In this document: positions 39,507 to 52,563 of the stretch, piece by piece | How the letters are laid out: the number at the start of each line of letters is the position of its first letter | Numbering within the stretch: the stretch's first letter is position 1 | From: Oikopleura dioica | Lineage: Eukaryota > Animalia > Chordata | Reading direction: 5' to 3' | Assembly: GCA_907165135.1 (NCBI GenBank) | Contig: OU015569.1 | Span: forward strand, 3,100,001 to 3,164,000 | DNA length: 64,000 bases | The notes under the pieces: model-generated | The model's database searches: none | The model's input: only the letters and a program-made list of their open reading frames with translations | Told to the model about the DNA's origin: nothing | Program-made: the position numbers and the translations under genes

Positions 39507-41177
39507 GGACGATAACAAAAATATGAAACGACTGGTTGATCGCCGTCAAAACAATACTACATTATTCTAGCGCAATTTATTTATTTCGGTTGTAAATAGG
39601 GCTACTGTGTGTAATCCTATCTTGTGCAGGGCACGCCAAATCCTATTTCTTGGTAAGCGAACGCTGTTTAATAGAGGAAAACATACAGTAATTCTTTAGA
39701 AAGCCGATACATCATCGTCGTTATACCCACTTTTTTGTTATAAAGTCCCTAAGGCGAGTGTAATATCCGATAAACCTCAAATTTAATATTAAAAAAAGTG
39801 TTGCCAATGTGAATGGAGGAATATATAATTTCAGCGTGAGAAATATATATTCAGATTAAACGAGCATTTTCCATCAAATCCGTCAAAGAAACATTTGGGG
39901 CCGTAAATCGGGAAAAATCCCGGCTTTACGGGCCGCATGCGCGTCCCGCTATGAGACAGCGAAAGGCTGAAAACAACGGTTAGTCGAATTAGGAAGAAAA
40001 ATCGTTGCTAAGTGTTATTTTTAGAATCCTAAAGAACCTCGTCAAAAACCTTAAAAAAGAAGCTGAACTGTACATATACATTCTCATCCACTGTAAATAA
40101 AGAAGATTTACAGACCCTCGATAATCAATCACTGTATTTGTTAGTTACAGATCTCCGAAATCTCCGAATTACACCCCTAAAACCGCCGAGCAAGAAAATG
40201 TTTTTGAATAATTGAATAAGCGCGGAATATAAAGTAAAGCGCAACTCGTTACCCAATTGCTACCCAAAAAAATAAGAAATGAGAACGATAAGGAAGGTTG
40301 TTCGAGAAGCATTTTAAGTGAGAGAATCGTTAGATTTAAAAAGAAATAGATTCGAAAACCTAAAAAGCTGCTTTGTTACTATTTTTTCAATGATTCTTTT
40401 GGTCAACTGCGCAGGCAAAGCTCAAATTAAGAAGAATTATCGAATATCTTAAGAAGTTAAGAAACCGTGCTACAGTTATGGTCCTCCTCTTTTATTAAAA
40501 AACTTGTTTGTCCATCTTTAATTTTCCGAAATTTATATTCTTGAGAGATAATTTCGTTCTGAGCTTCATCTTTTGCCCTTTCTTCAATGCGTTTTTTCGA
40601 CCGCAGATCGCAGGATTCATACAACAACTATATTGGCACGTGTTCTAAGAGAGAATAATTACAACTGTAATTAAAACACTTGTTACTTGACGTTTAAGAA
40701 TCAAGGTTGAACACGGCGAAGAATACTTGAAGCATGCGATCAACGAAGACGTCCGCGGCACAGGCGAAAATCATGTTGGAAAATCGCATTTGGAAGATCC
40801 CAATGAGCTCGGAATCATGAACGAGTTTATGCTTTGACAAATAAATGACTACAGTAAATGAGAATTATTCGAACAATTTATCGAGAAAAAATAGACAGCT
40901 ATTCTATTCTATATTTCAAATGCAGCATTTCATACATATTCTTTACTAAAGATAGACAGAGATTGACTAAAATGCTTCTCAAATTCGATGTCAAAATCAC
41001 TTCTTTTATCGTTCTTTTTGATCAACCAAGGGCGCTCCCGGTCGTTTGCTGCCGGCATAAACGACATCGAGCCAAATATAAGCGACTGCTGGGGCCTTTG
41101 CCGCTCACTTTTGAGTTTCCTTTTAAGTTTCCCTTTTTAAGTTATTTTTTTGTTTCCTTTTTTTTAAGTTTCTTGAG

Positions 41178-42988
41178 ATGAGATTTTTCGCTATTCTAGC
41201 GACTCTTGGAGTTGTTGCTAGTCAAGGAGTAGGTTGCGCTTCGCAGCCTTGTCAGAATGGGTGTACTTGTCAGGTAAGCGAGAGATAAAAACCAAGAATA
41301 ACAGAGAAACTAACGGCTTTTGTAGCCATCGTGTAGGGATGAAAATGACTACGTGTGCGTTCCACCAGCAGGACAGCCTTTCGTGGGCAAGAATTGCGAG
41401 TGGCGAGCACAGGTCTTTTGCCGGGCTGATTCGACTATCTCCATCCGCGTGCCAGAACAAGCAGTTGCTCAGTATGCACAGGGTATTGACTCCGTCATGG
41501 TGCAGGTTAGTTCGATCCCGATAAGTTGCGCTAGATATTTCTTTTTCACTTTCTGAGGCGAAATGGTTACGAAATTTCCTTTCAGGGTTGCCAAGATCCG
41601 CTCTTTTTGTGCAACGGCAACGGTAATCGACAGCAATCTTGCGGCCCTGCGACGCAATCTAACAACGGTTTCTTCGATCTGACGTGTCCCAACCGGCCTT
41701 CGCAGCTGAACGCGGCCACCGGCGAAATCGTCTTCTCCGAGACATTTGTTTTCGATCGTCTCTCAGATATCATCTCAATGCCACGACCCATCATCAAGGT
41801 CAACCAAGTCCTTAAAAATCAGTAATTAATCAAAACTACAGGTCGATTGTGCAGTTCGAACGGAACCTGCCATCGGACGAATCACTCCTGAATTCCGCGA
41901 GGAGAATGTCGTTAACCAGATGATTGTCTGGCAGCCAATCTTCAACTTCTACAAGACCGCCTGGGGAGTAACACCCGCTATCTCAGGTACTGTCTGAGAG
42001 ACGTAATCCTCCATCGAAAATCTCTATTTTAGCTACACGAGTTCCCAACTCTCTCAGCGTCAACTACGTCATTGGTGAACGCATTCACGTCCAGTTGACC
42101 GCTGGGGCGAACATGGCCACAGGAGTGCACAGCATGGCTCTTGGTGATTGCTTCGTTCAACCAGTCCAGAACGGCGTCGCCAGCAGCTCTCCCTCTATCC
42201 AAATTATCACAAACGGTGCTGTCGTCCCCGGCGTCGATTTCCCCGTCTCCGTCGCACAGGCGACCGGCCAGATCGGAAATGGAATTCCAGCCACTGCCCA
42301 AGGTGTGGCCTTCAGTTTCCAGGTCTTCACATTCGGCGCTGGTCTTGAATTTCAGCTCACGTAAGCTTTCTTTTCCATCGGTAAGGGATTCTTACATTCG
42401 TATCTTCAGCTGCACGGCTTCGATCGATGGCGTGTCTGGCAGGCGACGTAGATCCGAAGACAACAACTACAACTTCTCCCAGATGATTGTGTTCATTCCG
42501 ATCGCAGCTGATGTCGACCCAGATTTACCTGTTGTGCGAATGGCAGTTGAAGAGACTGAGGACGAAATCATCGACGAAATCATCGATGACGTGATTGACA
42601 TCATCGACACTCTGCGCAACTTCTCCCAGACTGTTCTCGACAACATGACCACCACGGAAATCACTGAAATGAAGCAGGAGCTCTCCCCCCGACTCGGCAA
42701 CATTCTCAACTACTACGACGAGTACGAAGATGAAGAGGCAGAAAATGTTTGGGAAATTGAGATTGCAGAAGGCGAACTCATCTACCAGACGATTCCGGCA
42801 TGGGCCAAGTTCACCTCTCTCGCCTTGATCTTCTGCATCACGATCATGGTAAGTCACGGAGCCATCCGCAGAGATCATAAAAAACGTTTTAGATCATCAT
42901 CATCCTCCGCCAGCGACGGCTAATGCTCATGAAGAAACTCATCGACGAACAGTACCAACCATTTGACAACAAAAGCCTACTCGACTAG
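41178..42988 (+). CDS. EGF + zona pellucida (ZP) domain transmembrane protein
   Basis: Signal peptide; CASQPCQNG...GKNCE EGF; ZP-like Cys pattern with FSFQVFTF; furin site GRRRRS; C-terminal TM. Confidence 0.8.
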
Positions 42989-44165
42989 TTCTTCCACTGC
43001 CAAAAATCTATCTTTTTTTTAAGTTCAAGCATTATTATGTTTATATTTGCTATAAATAAATGTTTTTATTCTGTTTATTTCTGAGCCGTTCTTATTTTCT
43101 TTTAGTTTTGTAGCAGGTGAAATATGAATGAATATAGTAACCCCGGGTTTGTTCAACCCTCAGCTCAGCGACCTGTGTAAAAACCTGAGTCAGAGTTTTA
43201 ATATATAACTGTCACAACTCCACTGGAGCTTCCAGGGCCCTGATTAAGGTTTCCACACAGTTCGGCGAGCCCTAGAAGAGCCTAAGTAGAGCCTCTAACC
43301 CCAAATAGCTCAATCTAAGATTACATCATCTTGCGAGTACAGTTTTCCGCTTGATATGATTTCTTCAGAAAAACAAGAATATCCAGTGGCGATTCACGTG
43401 GTTCCAGTGTTTTTATGAGGGCTGTATTTCCACGGGTTGTATTTTGATGCCGTTGTGATAATCTCGATCCCAGCGAAATTAAATTTACTCGATTGCGCGT
43501 GGGTGTCCGAGAACCCGCCTCATCATCAAGCAGACTCCGAGGGTATTCATCAAGCCACAGATTTGTTTTCGTAAGACAGGAGGAAAGAAACAGGCCGGGA
43601 GAACAAGCTTCCTGGAAAATATCGCCCGAGGGATGGAACATCAAAATGAGCAGCAACATGAATCGGACCTCAGCTTCCATAATTTCAAAAAGACAAAGTA
43701 AGCAAACTTAACATTATTTGGTAAATAAATAAATCAAATATACATTTTTCTTACTTTCAAATACAAATTATTTTTCTACATAAAAATTCATTTGATTCAA
43801 AACATTCTCTCTCATAATGAGATTTCACGATTATCTTCTTTTTAGTTTTCCCTTTTTGGGTATTTTTCCCTCGCGGGCGTGACTCATTTTTCCCAGAGCG
43901 CGTTCCCATTCAAAAAATGAATCAATAATTTCAAATTGAAACGAAAAAAATCGACTTTCATGTTGTTTCAGAACAATAGAGAAGTGTATACAGTTGGAAT
44001 ACTTCATCTGGACACAGAACTGCCGAATAATGCCACAATTGACGCGTTTTGTCGAAAACTACGAGCGTGATCGGCTGGATTATGTGCGAAAACTGCGTAT
44101 TTTTGATGAAACAGGTTCGATTTCGTCTTTGTTTCTACAAAACTTATGAGAATGGCTTTTTTTAG

Positions 44166-45896
44166 TGCCCATGCCACACAACACGCTTCCTCCATCGTCG
44201 CTAGAAGTACGAAACAAAGAAGTAATTGAAGAATCGCGCTCAGATTTGGCGAAACGAAAGCGCCAGTTCTTCGAGGAAGACAGCAATGCCGTAATTGACT
44301 ATATCGCAGAAGCCACGTACGTCGACAGTAGTGCATGCTTCTCGCTTCAAGGCTAAGTTAATTTCAGTTCAGACGCAAATATGGCTTCCGGGAGCAGCGG
44401 GCCCTGGTGCAGTGCGCCAGGGATGAGCGCGAAGCGGAGCTGTCGCAGAACCTCTCCGAACAACTCGCCAGCACCGTCGAAGAAGCGCTAGCTGACTCGC
44501 TCGAGACGCAACTTCGCTGCGACATTACCCTCTCTAGGTAACACAAGCAGTCATTTGGTGAAATCATTCGTGTTCTTTCAAAATTCTAATTGGTGTCTGT
44601 ACATTCTCCTGCTGCTGAAAATTAAAGGACTAGACATCGTCAATCGTTATTTTTCATTAGGCTTTTCTCCAACAAGATTGCCTACTCCCTTAATATTTAG
44701 TAGACTGGTTTCCTTCCTTTCTATTTCACTGTCTTTACCTCTCCAGTTCCAGTTCGAATAAAGTTCCAACTTCCAAGAGCAATGACTCTTCATTCTCTTC
44801 ACGCTGCTATTTGACAGTGACTAGTAATTATTAATCTAATCAGGAACCAATAGATGGTGTTACCGGGCGTTTGCGGCATTTTCGCCGTGTTTCTTGATTT
44901 CTTTCGCAGGTTCATGGGTCAAATTTCATCGTTATATCGATTCTAGGTTCGTTTTCTTATTACAATAACTCTTACATATAAAAGCATGAATTGACCCAAG
45001 AATCAGATGCGCAAAAGGATGGATTCAAGCACCGCAAAAGTATTCAAGCTCATGATCAATTGTTTTAACATTCTAGTGATCCCATTCCAGAATACGACGA
45101 TGAAATGGATAGTTTTGTCCGAGCAGCTTTGGTTGGAAAGAACTCGAATGACATTGTTGCGGAGATTTCGCCATTGTTCATTACCAAGGATCATCTGAGT
45201 AGCTTGAACGGAACGAGATGGGTCGATGGAGAGGTAAGCAAAAGAGTCAAATCTTTCTTCAATGAGTTCACTTCTTATTCAGGTGATCAACTTGTACGCA
45301 AAGTTGATCGAGCAGCGGTCTCTCCAGAATCCGGCCATGCTTCGGGTGCATTCCTTCAACAGCTTTTTGTACCCGAAGCTTCAAGAAGCAGGCCATGCTG
45401 CAGTCAAACGATGGACGCGGAAATGCAACATTTTCAAGACAGACATCATCTTGTTCCCGATCCACATTGGCGGGACTCATTGGACGCTGGCGTTTGCTGA
45501 CACGAGGAAAAAGGTGCTCCGCTATTGCGATTCAATGGGTGGACATAACCCGAAATGCTTGTCGATTCTTCTTGAGTACTTGAAGGTAATTTTGATTGAT
45601 CTCAGATGTTTCAAACTGATAATTGTAGACCGAGCACGAGGTGAAGCAAAACTGTCCACTGGGCGATGACTGGAAGACCGAATCGATCTCGGGAAAAGTT
45701 CCCCAGCAAAAGAATACTAATGGTAAAAAAGAAGAGAAAATAATGTTGAAAGATTTGTTCAGACTGCGGAGTATTCGTGATGACCTTCTCGGAATATGTT
45801 TCCCGCGATGCTGCCTTCGACTTCAGCCAAGATGACATGCCCAATTTGAGGAAGTTGATAAAGTTCGAGCTTCTCCAAGAAAAACTCCTCCGTTAA
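44166..45896 (+). CDS. SUMO-specific protease (Ulp1/SENP, peptidase C48); 5' exons approximate
   Basis: WVDGE|VINLY, FNSFLY, VKRWTRK, PIHIGGTHW, YCDSM, PQQKNTN|DCGVF; His-Asp-Cys triad and oxyanion Gln intact. Confidence 0.9.
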
Positions 45897-46030
45897 GCAA
45901 ATTCCTTTTTTAGAAATCTTCGAATTCTGCCCGTATCTCACCTGCCAGTTCTTTCTTTATCATTACACGCTTCTAATATTAATATAATTCTCGATTAAAA
46001 ATATCCACTTCTACTTATTAGATCGTTGCG

Positions 46031-49000
46031 ATGTCGTCAGATGAAGATGCCGAAATGGAAATGCTGAACGAGTTCAATTTTGCTAACTCGCGCCCGCGAA
46101 GACAAACGAAGAATCAACAGGTAGGAATGAATACCAAAGGCGAAAAAGGAACTTACCATTGATTTTCAGATCTATGGAGTCTTTGGAGATGACGATGATG
46201 ATGATGAAGGCCAGTTTACTTACAATAGGTTGTAGAAAACCTCAATTTTCAAGCTTTATAAAGCTTTTTTTAGACAGAGCAGAGGGAGAAAGGGCAAAGT
46301 GGACTACACATCTGGAGTTGCGTTCGTCTCGGGAGGCGTGAAAGAAGGCTCAGCCGGAAAGAAATCAGAAGAAAAAGACGATGAAAAAGATTTGAAGGAG
46401 ACGATTGAAGACATCAAAAGCTCAGATGACGAGGACGATGACCAAGAAGTTCTCGATCCAAACGACGAAGAATACGAAAAAGAGTACCTGGGGAATAAAC
46501 GGCCGCGAGAGCCGTCTGCAGAGCCAACTCCGACATCGGAACCAGAACCAAAGCAGCCGCAAAAACTGCAGACGCGAATAGACCCAACTAGTGGGTTGAA
46601 AGTCGGCGGAGCCACCTCTGCCAAGGGTGGATACTCGATGACAACGCTTTTTGGAATGAAGGAGAAGAAAGACAAGGACTTCGGTAAATTCGCGAAGAAG
46701 GGTTCTTTCGCTGAGCGAATGATGGCGAAGATGGGTTATAAAGAAGGCCGTGGTCTGGGAAAATACGATCAAGGAATGATCAATCCTGTCGAAGCTGTCA
46801 ACAGAAAAAAGGGAACTGGACTCGGTGCGGCTGGAACTGAGAGGACTAAACAAAGGTAAACTCGTAATCCTACTTTTTTATTAAATTAAATTTTCAGTTT
46901 ACTGCATTTTCCTACCGAAGAAATAAAGAAAAAAGCGATGGAGAAGCAGGAAAAGAAAGAAGCCAAAGGTCCGCAATGGAAAATCCGCCCTCAGCAGAAT
47001 CAGTCATCAGGGAAGAAGAGAAAGCCGCAATATCAATACAAGACAGTCGATCAGCTGCTGAGTGGAAGTGGCTATGCGATGAGAGATACAGATTCTGAGG
47101 ACGAGATTCCGCAACAAAAGACAGCCGGAGTGAAAATCATCGACATGACAGGAAAGAACCAGCGGATAATCACGGACACGCGGTACATTCCCTCTCAAAA
47201 GGGAAAGAAAAGGTCGAAATCAGAGGGATCTTCGGACAGCTCTTCGGACAGTTCCTCGGAAGAAGAAGTCGAAAAAGTGTGGAGCTGCCCAGAACTCGAG
47301 TATAACCTCAACGAGCTGGTAAAGAACACTGAAAGGGAGCTGCTGAAACGAGCGAGGGAGAAAACTCAACGAGAAGAACATGTTCTTCACAGAAATCACG
47401 AGAAAGACACAATGATGAAACAGATAAAGCGAGATACTGTTGCGATGGTTCAATTGACTAAATGCATCGATATTGTGAAGACAGAGGTAATTCACTATTA
47501 ATATCACCTGATTATTGTCAAGAAAATTCTAATAATTGAAATAAAGAAGAGTCGGTTGATAATTTCTTTAGATTGCGGACCTAGATGAAGCAAAGGAACT
47601 CATAGCTTTACTGAAACTGGACCATCACAATATCTGGATTGAGTTCGAGTAAGTTCTCGAAAGCTGAATTTCAGTAATAACTCTTTAAATTAGCCTTCCA
47701 TCATTCTACACGGTGAAAGTGACCAATCTACTCTGTATTCATCTGAACAATTGGGACCCTCTTGAAGAGCCGGAGCAAATGGTGGAAACAGTGAAATTCT
47801 GGGGTGGCATCCTAGAAGAGCATTATTCCGAGATTCTATGGAAAGCGTGGCTTCCTCCGGTTCGTGCAGCGATTCTCAAATGGGACGCGCGATTTCCCGT
47901 CAAAATGTTGCACTTCATCGCTGTTTGGAAACCTGAGGTAATTACAGTAAATCCCTGGCGATCTATTTAAAATGTTTTACTTAGATCCCGGAAGCGATTT
48001 GGTCGAACATGGTTCTCCAGCTCATCTTCCCAAAAATCAACAACACCGTTCAAAACTGGAACCCTTACACTGATCCTGTCCGTATCGACACCTGGATTAC
48101 GCCATGGATTCCAATCCTTGGCAAATCGAACATGTCTCTGATGATCACTCAGATTCGCCAGATGCTTAAGACTTCCCTAAACGAGTGGCAAGCTGGAGAC
48201 AGCTCTGCGTTCATCATGATCGAGCCGTGGAAAGCCGTCTGGTCTGGGGCAGAGTGGGATCAATTCGTCATGCAAGCAGTTGTGCCCAAACTTGCGCAGT
48301 ACCTGAAGAACCTAACGATACCAACAGATTCTGTTTCGCCAAAAACTCTTGAGCCCTTTCAAAACTGGGTCAATCACGTGCCCATGGGAGCGGTAAACAA
48401 AATGCTCGTCGATTTCTTCTTTCCAAATATGCTTCAAATTGTCAGAGGATGGGTCAGGTCTCCAACTGTAAGTCCATATTTCTGTTGAGTAATATTTATT
48501 AATTAATTAATAAATAAAATATTTAATTATTAATGATTTTCTACTCTAGTGTGTTTTGAAAAATGTTGCCACTTGGTATCGCCTCTGGTATGATCAGTTC
48601 GTGCCAGAACTCAAGAAATCCTCTGTTGTCCGAGACTGCTTGACGAAGATTCTGCAAGTGATGGCCCAAGCCTGCGACGATCATGCGAAAAAGATGCCTG
48701 AAAGTTACGTCCCGCCGCCTCCTCCTCCACCAATGCCGGATAGCAACTGGCAAGACGATGAAGATGAAGACGACGATGAAAGCGCTTCCTCGACTAACGA
48801 CTTTGAGTTTGGTCACAGAGGCTCAGATGACGACGGGCCAGACGCTGAACTTGAGACCTTCAAGGATTTGGTCTCTTACGGCGCGCAGAAAAGAAATATC
48901 GGTATCTCTATCAATAAGTCGATAATCAATAATCTTGGCTTTCAGTTTTTATGCCGAAGGGACGACAAGAGGATGGAAACGATCTATTCACCCTGGGCAA

Positions 49001-49100
49001 GTTGACGCTATATGTGAATCAGGGCGTCTGCTTCGTTTCCGACGGTGCTGGTGACTGGCTTCCTACTTCACTCAACACTATTTATGACAAAGCACTCTAG
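46031..49100 (+). CDS. TFIP11: Tuftelin-interacting protein 11 (spliceosome disassembly factor)
   Basis: RRQTKNQQ|IYGVF, DYTSGVAFVSGG, G-patch FAERMMAKMGYKEGRGLGK..QG, CPELEYNL, GCFC domain WNPYTDPVRIDTWITPWIP. Confidence 0.95.
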
Positions 49101-49390
49101 TAAACTTTAACTTTATGCCACTATCAAGCAACTGCCATTATTCTTTCATATTAAAATTGATTATTATCAAACTCATTTTTCTTTGATTCCAACTTGACCC
49201 GCTTCGCCGAGACTTATACATTCGAATAGAATCGGCACTACAAAGTCTTTCAAAGAATCTACTTTTGTCTCTTTCAGTTTGCATTTTTACAACGGCAATA
49301 TATAAAAGTTTCATTACTTTGTTTCGTTTTTATTGCAAAAATTGAATGTAAAAAATGAAAAGAGGAATTTACTCGGCTTTTGAAGTTGAT

Positions 49391-51662
49391 TTACTTCGCT
49401 GGGGCACCTTTGGCAGTCCTACATTCTCCAAATAACAGTTGCTGACGTTTCCATGGCTTCTGAAAATCGGGTCATCGCGACTACAGGTTTGAGTCTAGTA
49501 CCTGTACTTGGCGACGATATGGGCTCTGTTTTCATTGTCGTACTGGATAGCGAAGCCGAACTCGTACGATTGGCGCCACACGAGCTGGGTGAAGCAGCAC
49601 CACGAATTGAACTTTGATCTATCTGGGTACTTTTTCGCATCGAGCGATTTGAGGTAGTTTTGAAGTTGGCTTTTACCGAGAATGAATATATTCGAAGTGA
49701 AAGAAATCAGCTTTATCGCCAAAAATAAAATTTTCAAACTCGTGCCTGTACCATTCGAAAATAGTCTCGCGTGTAAGAATTTTCAGCTTTGATTCTTCTG
49801 GATCTTCTTCCTTGTCATCTGGATCTGGGATGGCACACACTCTATAATTCGTCCCGTCGGAACTGCTTATCGATTCTTCGAAGGGTAGGTTCTCCGGACT
49901 CGAGCTGGAAAGGCTTTGTATTCGAGAAGTAGCTTCCTGCTGTGCTTCTTGGCTATGAATTTAGTAAATTACTAATTACTATTCAATTATGGAAGGAGCG
50001 TTTTGTAGAGCGGTACTTACCAAAGACGACGCGATAGCTCTAAATTGTACGTATCACAGTGCCTCTGTCTTAGCGCGTTGTGCCGCGAAAGAGCATCCAG
50101 CTGGTAGCCCTCGAACTGCTCTAAAATCGCGGATGACTACTGTTACCTTCAAATATCAAGCCATAAACTATACGCACCGTCCTTATTGAGCTCTTTTACA
50201 CGCTCGCGCCGAGCGCTCGTTTTTTTCTCGTTCATTTTGATCTCCTCTTCTTTGATTTCCTTCCATGGCCGCTCTGGAAGCATAACTTTGAGGTCGTACT
50301 GATTCTCGCTGTTTCCTTGAGGTAGGTACTTAGCGACAACGACGATTCCCTTGTCCGAGTCATGCGCAACTCCAAAGCCGACTTCTTTGGTTTCGCTCCA
50401 GACTAGCTATTTTAGGCTCTTTCGATCTTAGGTTTCATAATTATCGCAATTTTTATATGGTGGATTTAGTATTAATTATTGCCCTGCCTGACTAAAATCG
50501 CACCATTCAGCAAACTTGGCTTGATTCGGCTGAAAATCTTCTCGGTCCAAACCTTCTAAGTAAGCGACGATTTGGTCGTACCATCTGTGGCAAGCAAGAA
50601 CAGCACAATCTTGTTTATCCTCTTCAAGTTCTGTTTCTGAAACTCGTCTCGCGAAGAATGCCACGCTTTGGCCTGTCTGGTAGTCGGCCGTTCGATCGCT
50701 GAAAATCAGAGTCAGGAAGCGATTGGAAAGGAAGAGCACTTGAAAGTCGTCTCTGTTAGACTACCGTCGTCCGTTGCCTGTTTGAGCTGCGTCAACAATT
50801 TGACAGCAGTCCCGACGGCTTCATGAAATCATGAAGGCTTGTGACGGGAACATCAATTCTACAAAAAACTGTATAGTATTTCACTTACTTGCAATACTTT
50901 CTTGCAGACTTCTCCGCGGATATACAGAGCTCTTTGGAAAGTGCTAGCGCGGGTGTATCGCGGTGGTTTTCGCGGAGGAAGTTTTGTCGTTTCAGAGCTT
51001 CGTGGTGATAGTTTTTGAAGACCTCCTCGTCCGTAAGTTCATCCTCAAGTATCTCCGGCACTGTGTTTTCATCTTTGCAGAAATGAGAACGGCGAAGACT
51101 CTCAATGACAACTTTTTATGTACTGATTTATATTAAAATTCAAGCTAAAATATTCAAACAACTCTGAACGAAGTGACTGTTCTATTCAGAAGATAATCCT
51201 AGTAACAAAACGTCAGCTAATTGTTTGGAATGGGTGTCTAAGTGAATGATGTGGGGTCCGCAAAATCAAAGCGAAGACATTTCGCTTTATCCAATGTACA
51301 CAAGTTTAAACATTTAATCTTTGCCCATTTTAATGGTTCCTGTTCCAAGCATCCAGGCTTGCAATAGTGTGAAAAAACGATTGATTCACAAAGTGTGATG
51401 GTGGGTTGAGGGCTGAAAATGGCGCGCTTTTCCTTTAATTACTGAAGCTGCTCGATATTTTTAATTATGGGCTCATTAAGAAATGATATTGGGGTGCACT
51501 GGGAGGGCTATCCGAGTGGCACAGGTTGGAACATTATCGGATTTTGTAATATTTGAAGGACAGAGAGTCTTCACTGTCTACCCCTAGGGGATTTTGATTT
51601 TGCATTTTCATTCCCGTCCCTAGATCTGCAGGCGGTGCTATCTTCGACTCCTTACAGCCCAT
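49391..51662 (-). CDS. Tandem CAP/SCP-domain protein (GAPR-1/GLIPR2-like), predicted N-myristoylated
   Basis: First exon MGCKESK; LVWSETKEVGFGVA...VVAKYLPQGN and FTQLVWRQSYEFGFA...IVAKY. Ends approximate. Confidence 0.75.
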
Positions 51663-52563
51663 GGCTCTACTCTCTCATTGTTTCTGGTGCTTGTGCCTTT
51701 TTTCCGAAAATTGTTTCCCAATTTCTATCTGAAACTGTATCGAAAAAATGATATAAAGCTGGGCAAAGTTTTGCGACTGTGGATGGGCTTGGGCACACTC
51801 TTCTGTGATTGTCAGGGTAACTGTGCCTGTTAACATTAGATAAACATGGGACGAAGCTGCCTCTGCACACGTCCAGGGCCGCAGAAAATCGCTCAGCGGA
51901 CAAACAATTGAGGACTTTTGTTTGATCAAAGCACCTGTTACTGTCCCAGCACCGACACAAACGATCACAGTGAAATCACTTCTAAAAGGGGCAGCCGCAA
52001 AGTACAGCAGTGACTGAGTTCCGTTCCTACTCGGCTACGATTCTTCGTAGCATCGCGCAAGTACCATCATGCATCAAGATCCCATGCATCATAAAACTGT
52101 CACGAAAAGATACAAATGCTTGAGCATGCTCGGTGACGTTTATGGACTTTGTTGTTGCATGAAGTCTCATGCAATTGACGAACTAAAACAAACAGACCAT
52201 AGAAAATTGAACCATCATCAAAACTGCACTAGAATAAATCTAATCAAGTCAAAATGTTGATTCATAAATGAAAAACCACTGCAAGAATTTTGATCAGTCT
52301 TGAATTTTTACCTTCAGATTTATATTTAGCTCGGTAATTGGCTCTTTATATTAAGGAAAGTAACAGTTAACTTGGTTAAGTAGAATTTAATTAGGCACAC
52401 ATGGGTGGCGTGATGGGGCGCGTCTGGTGTCTTACTCCTAACTGAACGGATCAAACTGTGCCCAAGTTCGATACAAATTACATCCCTTACTTAGTGGAGT
52501 AAAAGAAGAACACCGAATTGCATGCCCGCCCAGACATTGTCAATCTTTTTAATTTGATGCCGA

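Noticed and set aside
39890-40840. Small multi-exon gene(s) and a GC hairpin near 39897-39940
   Set aside because: Exon-like pieces exist, but I could not join them in consistent phase; the hairpin is too short to interpret.
43140-43720. Structured ncRNA or short ORFs
   Set aside because: No recognisable RNA family motif or protein similarity.
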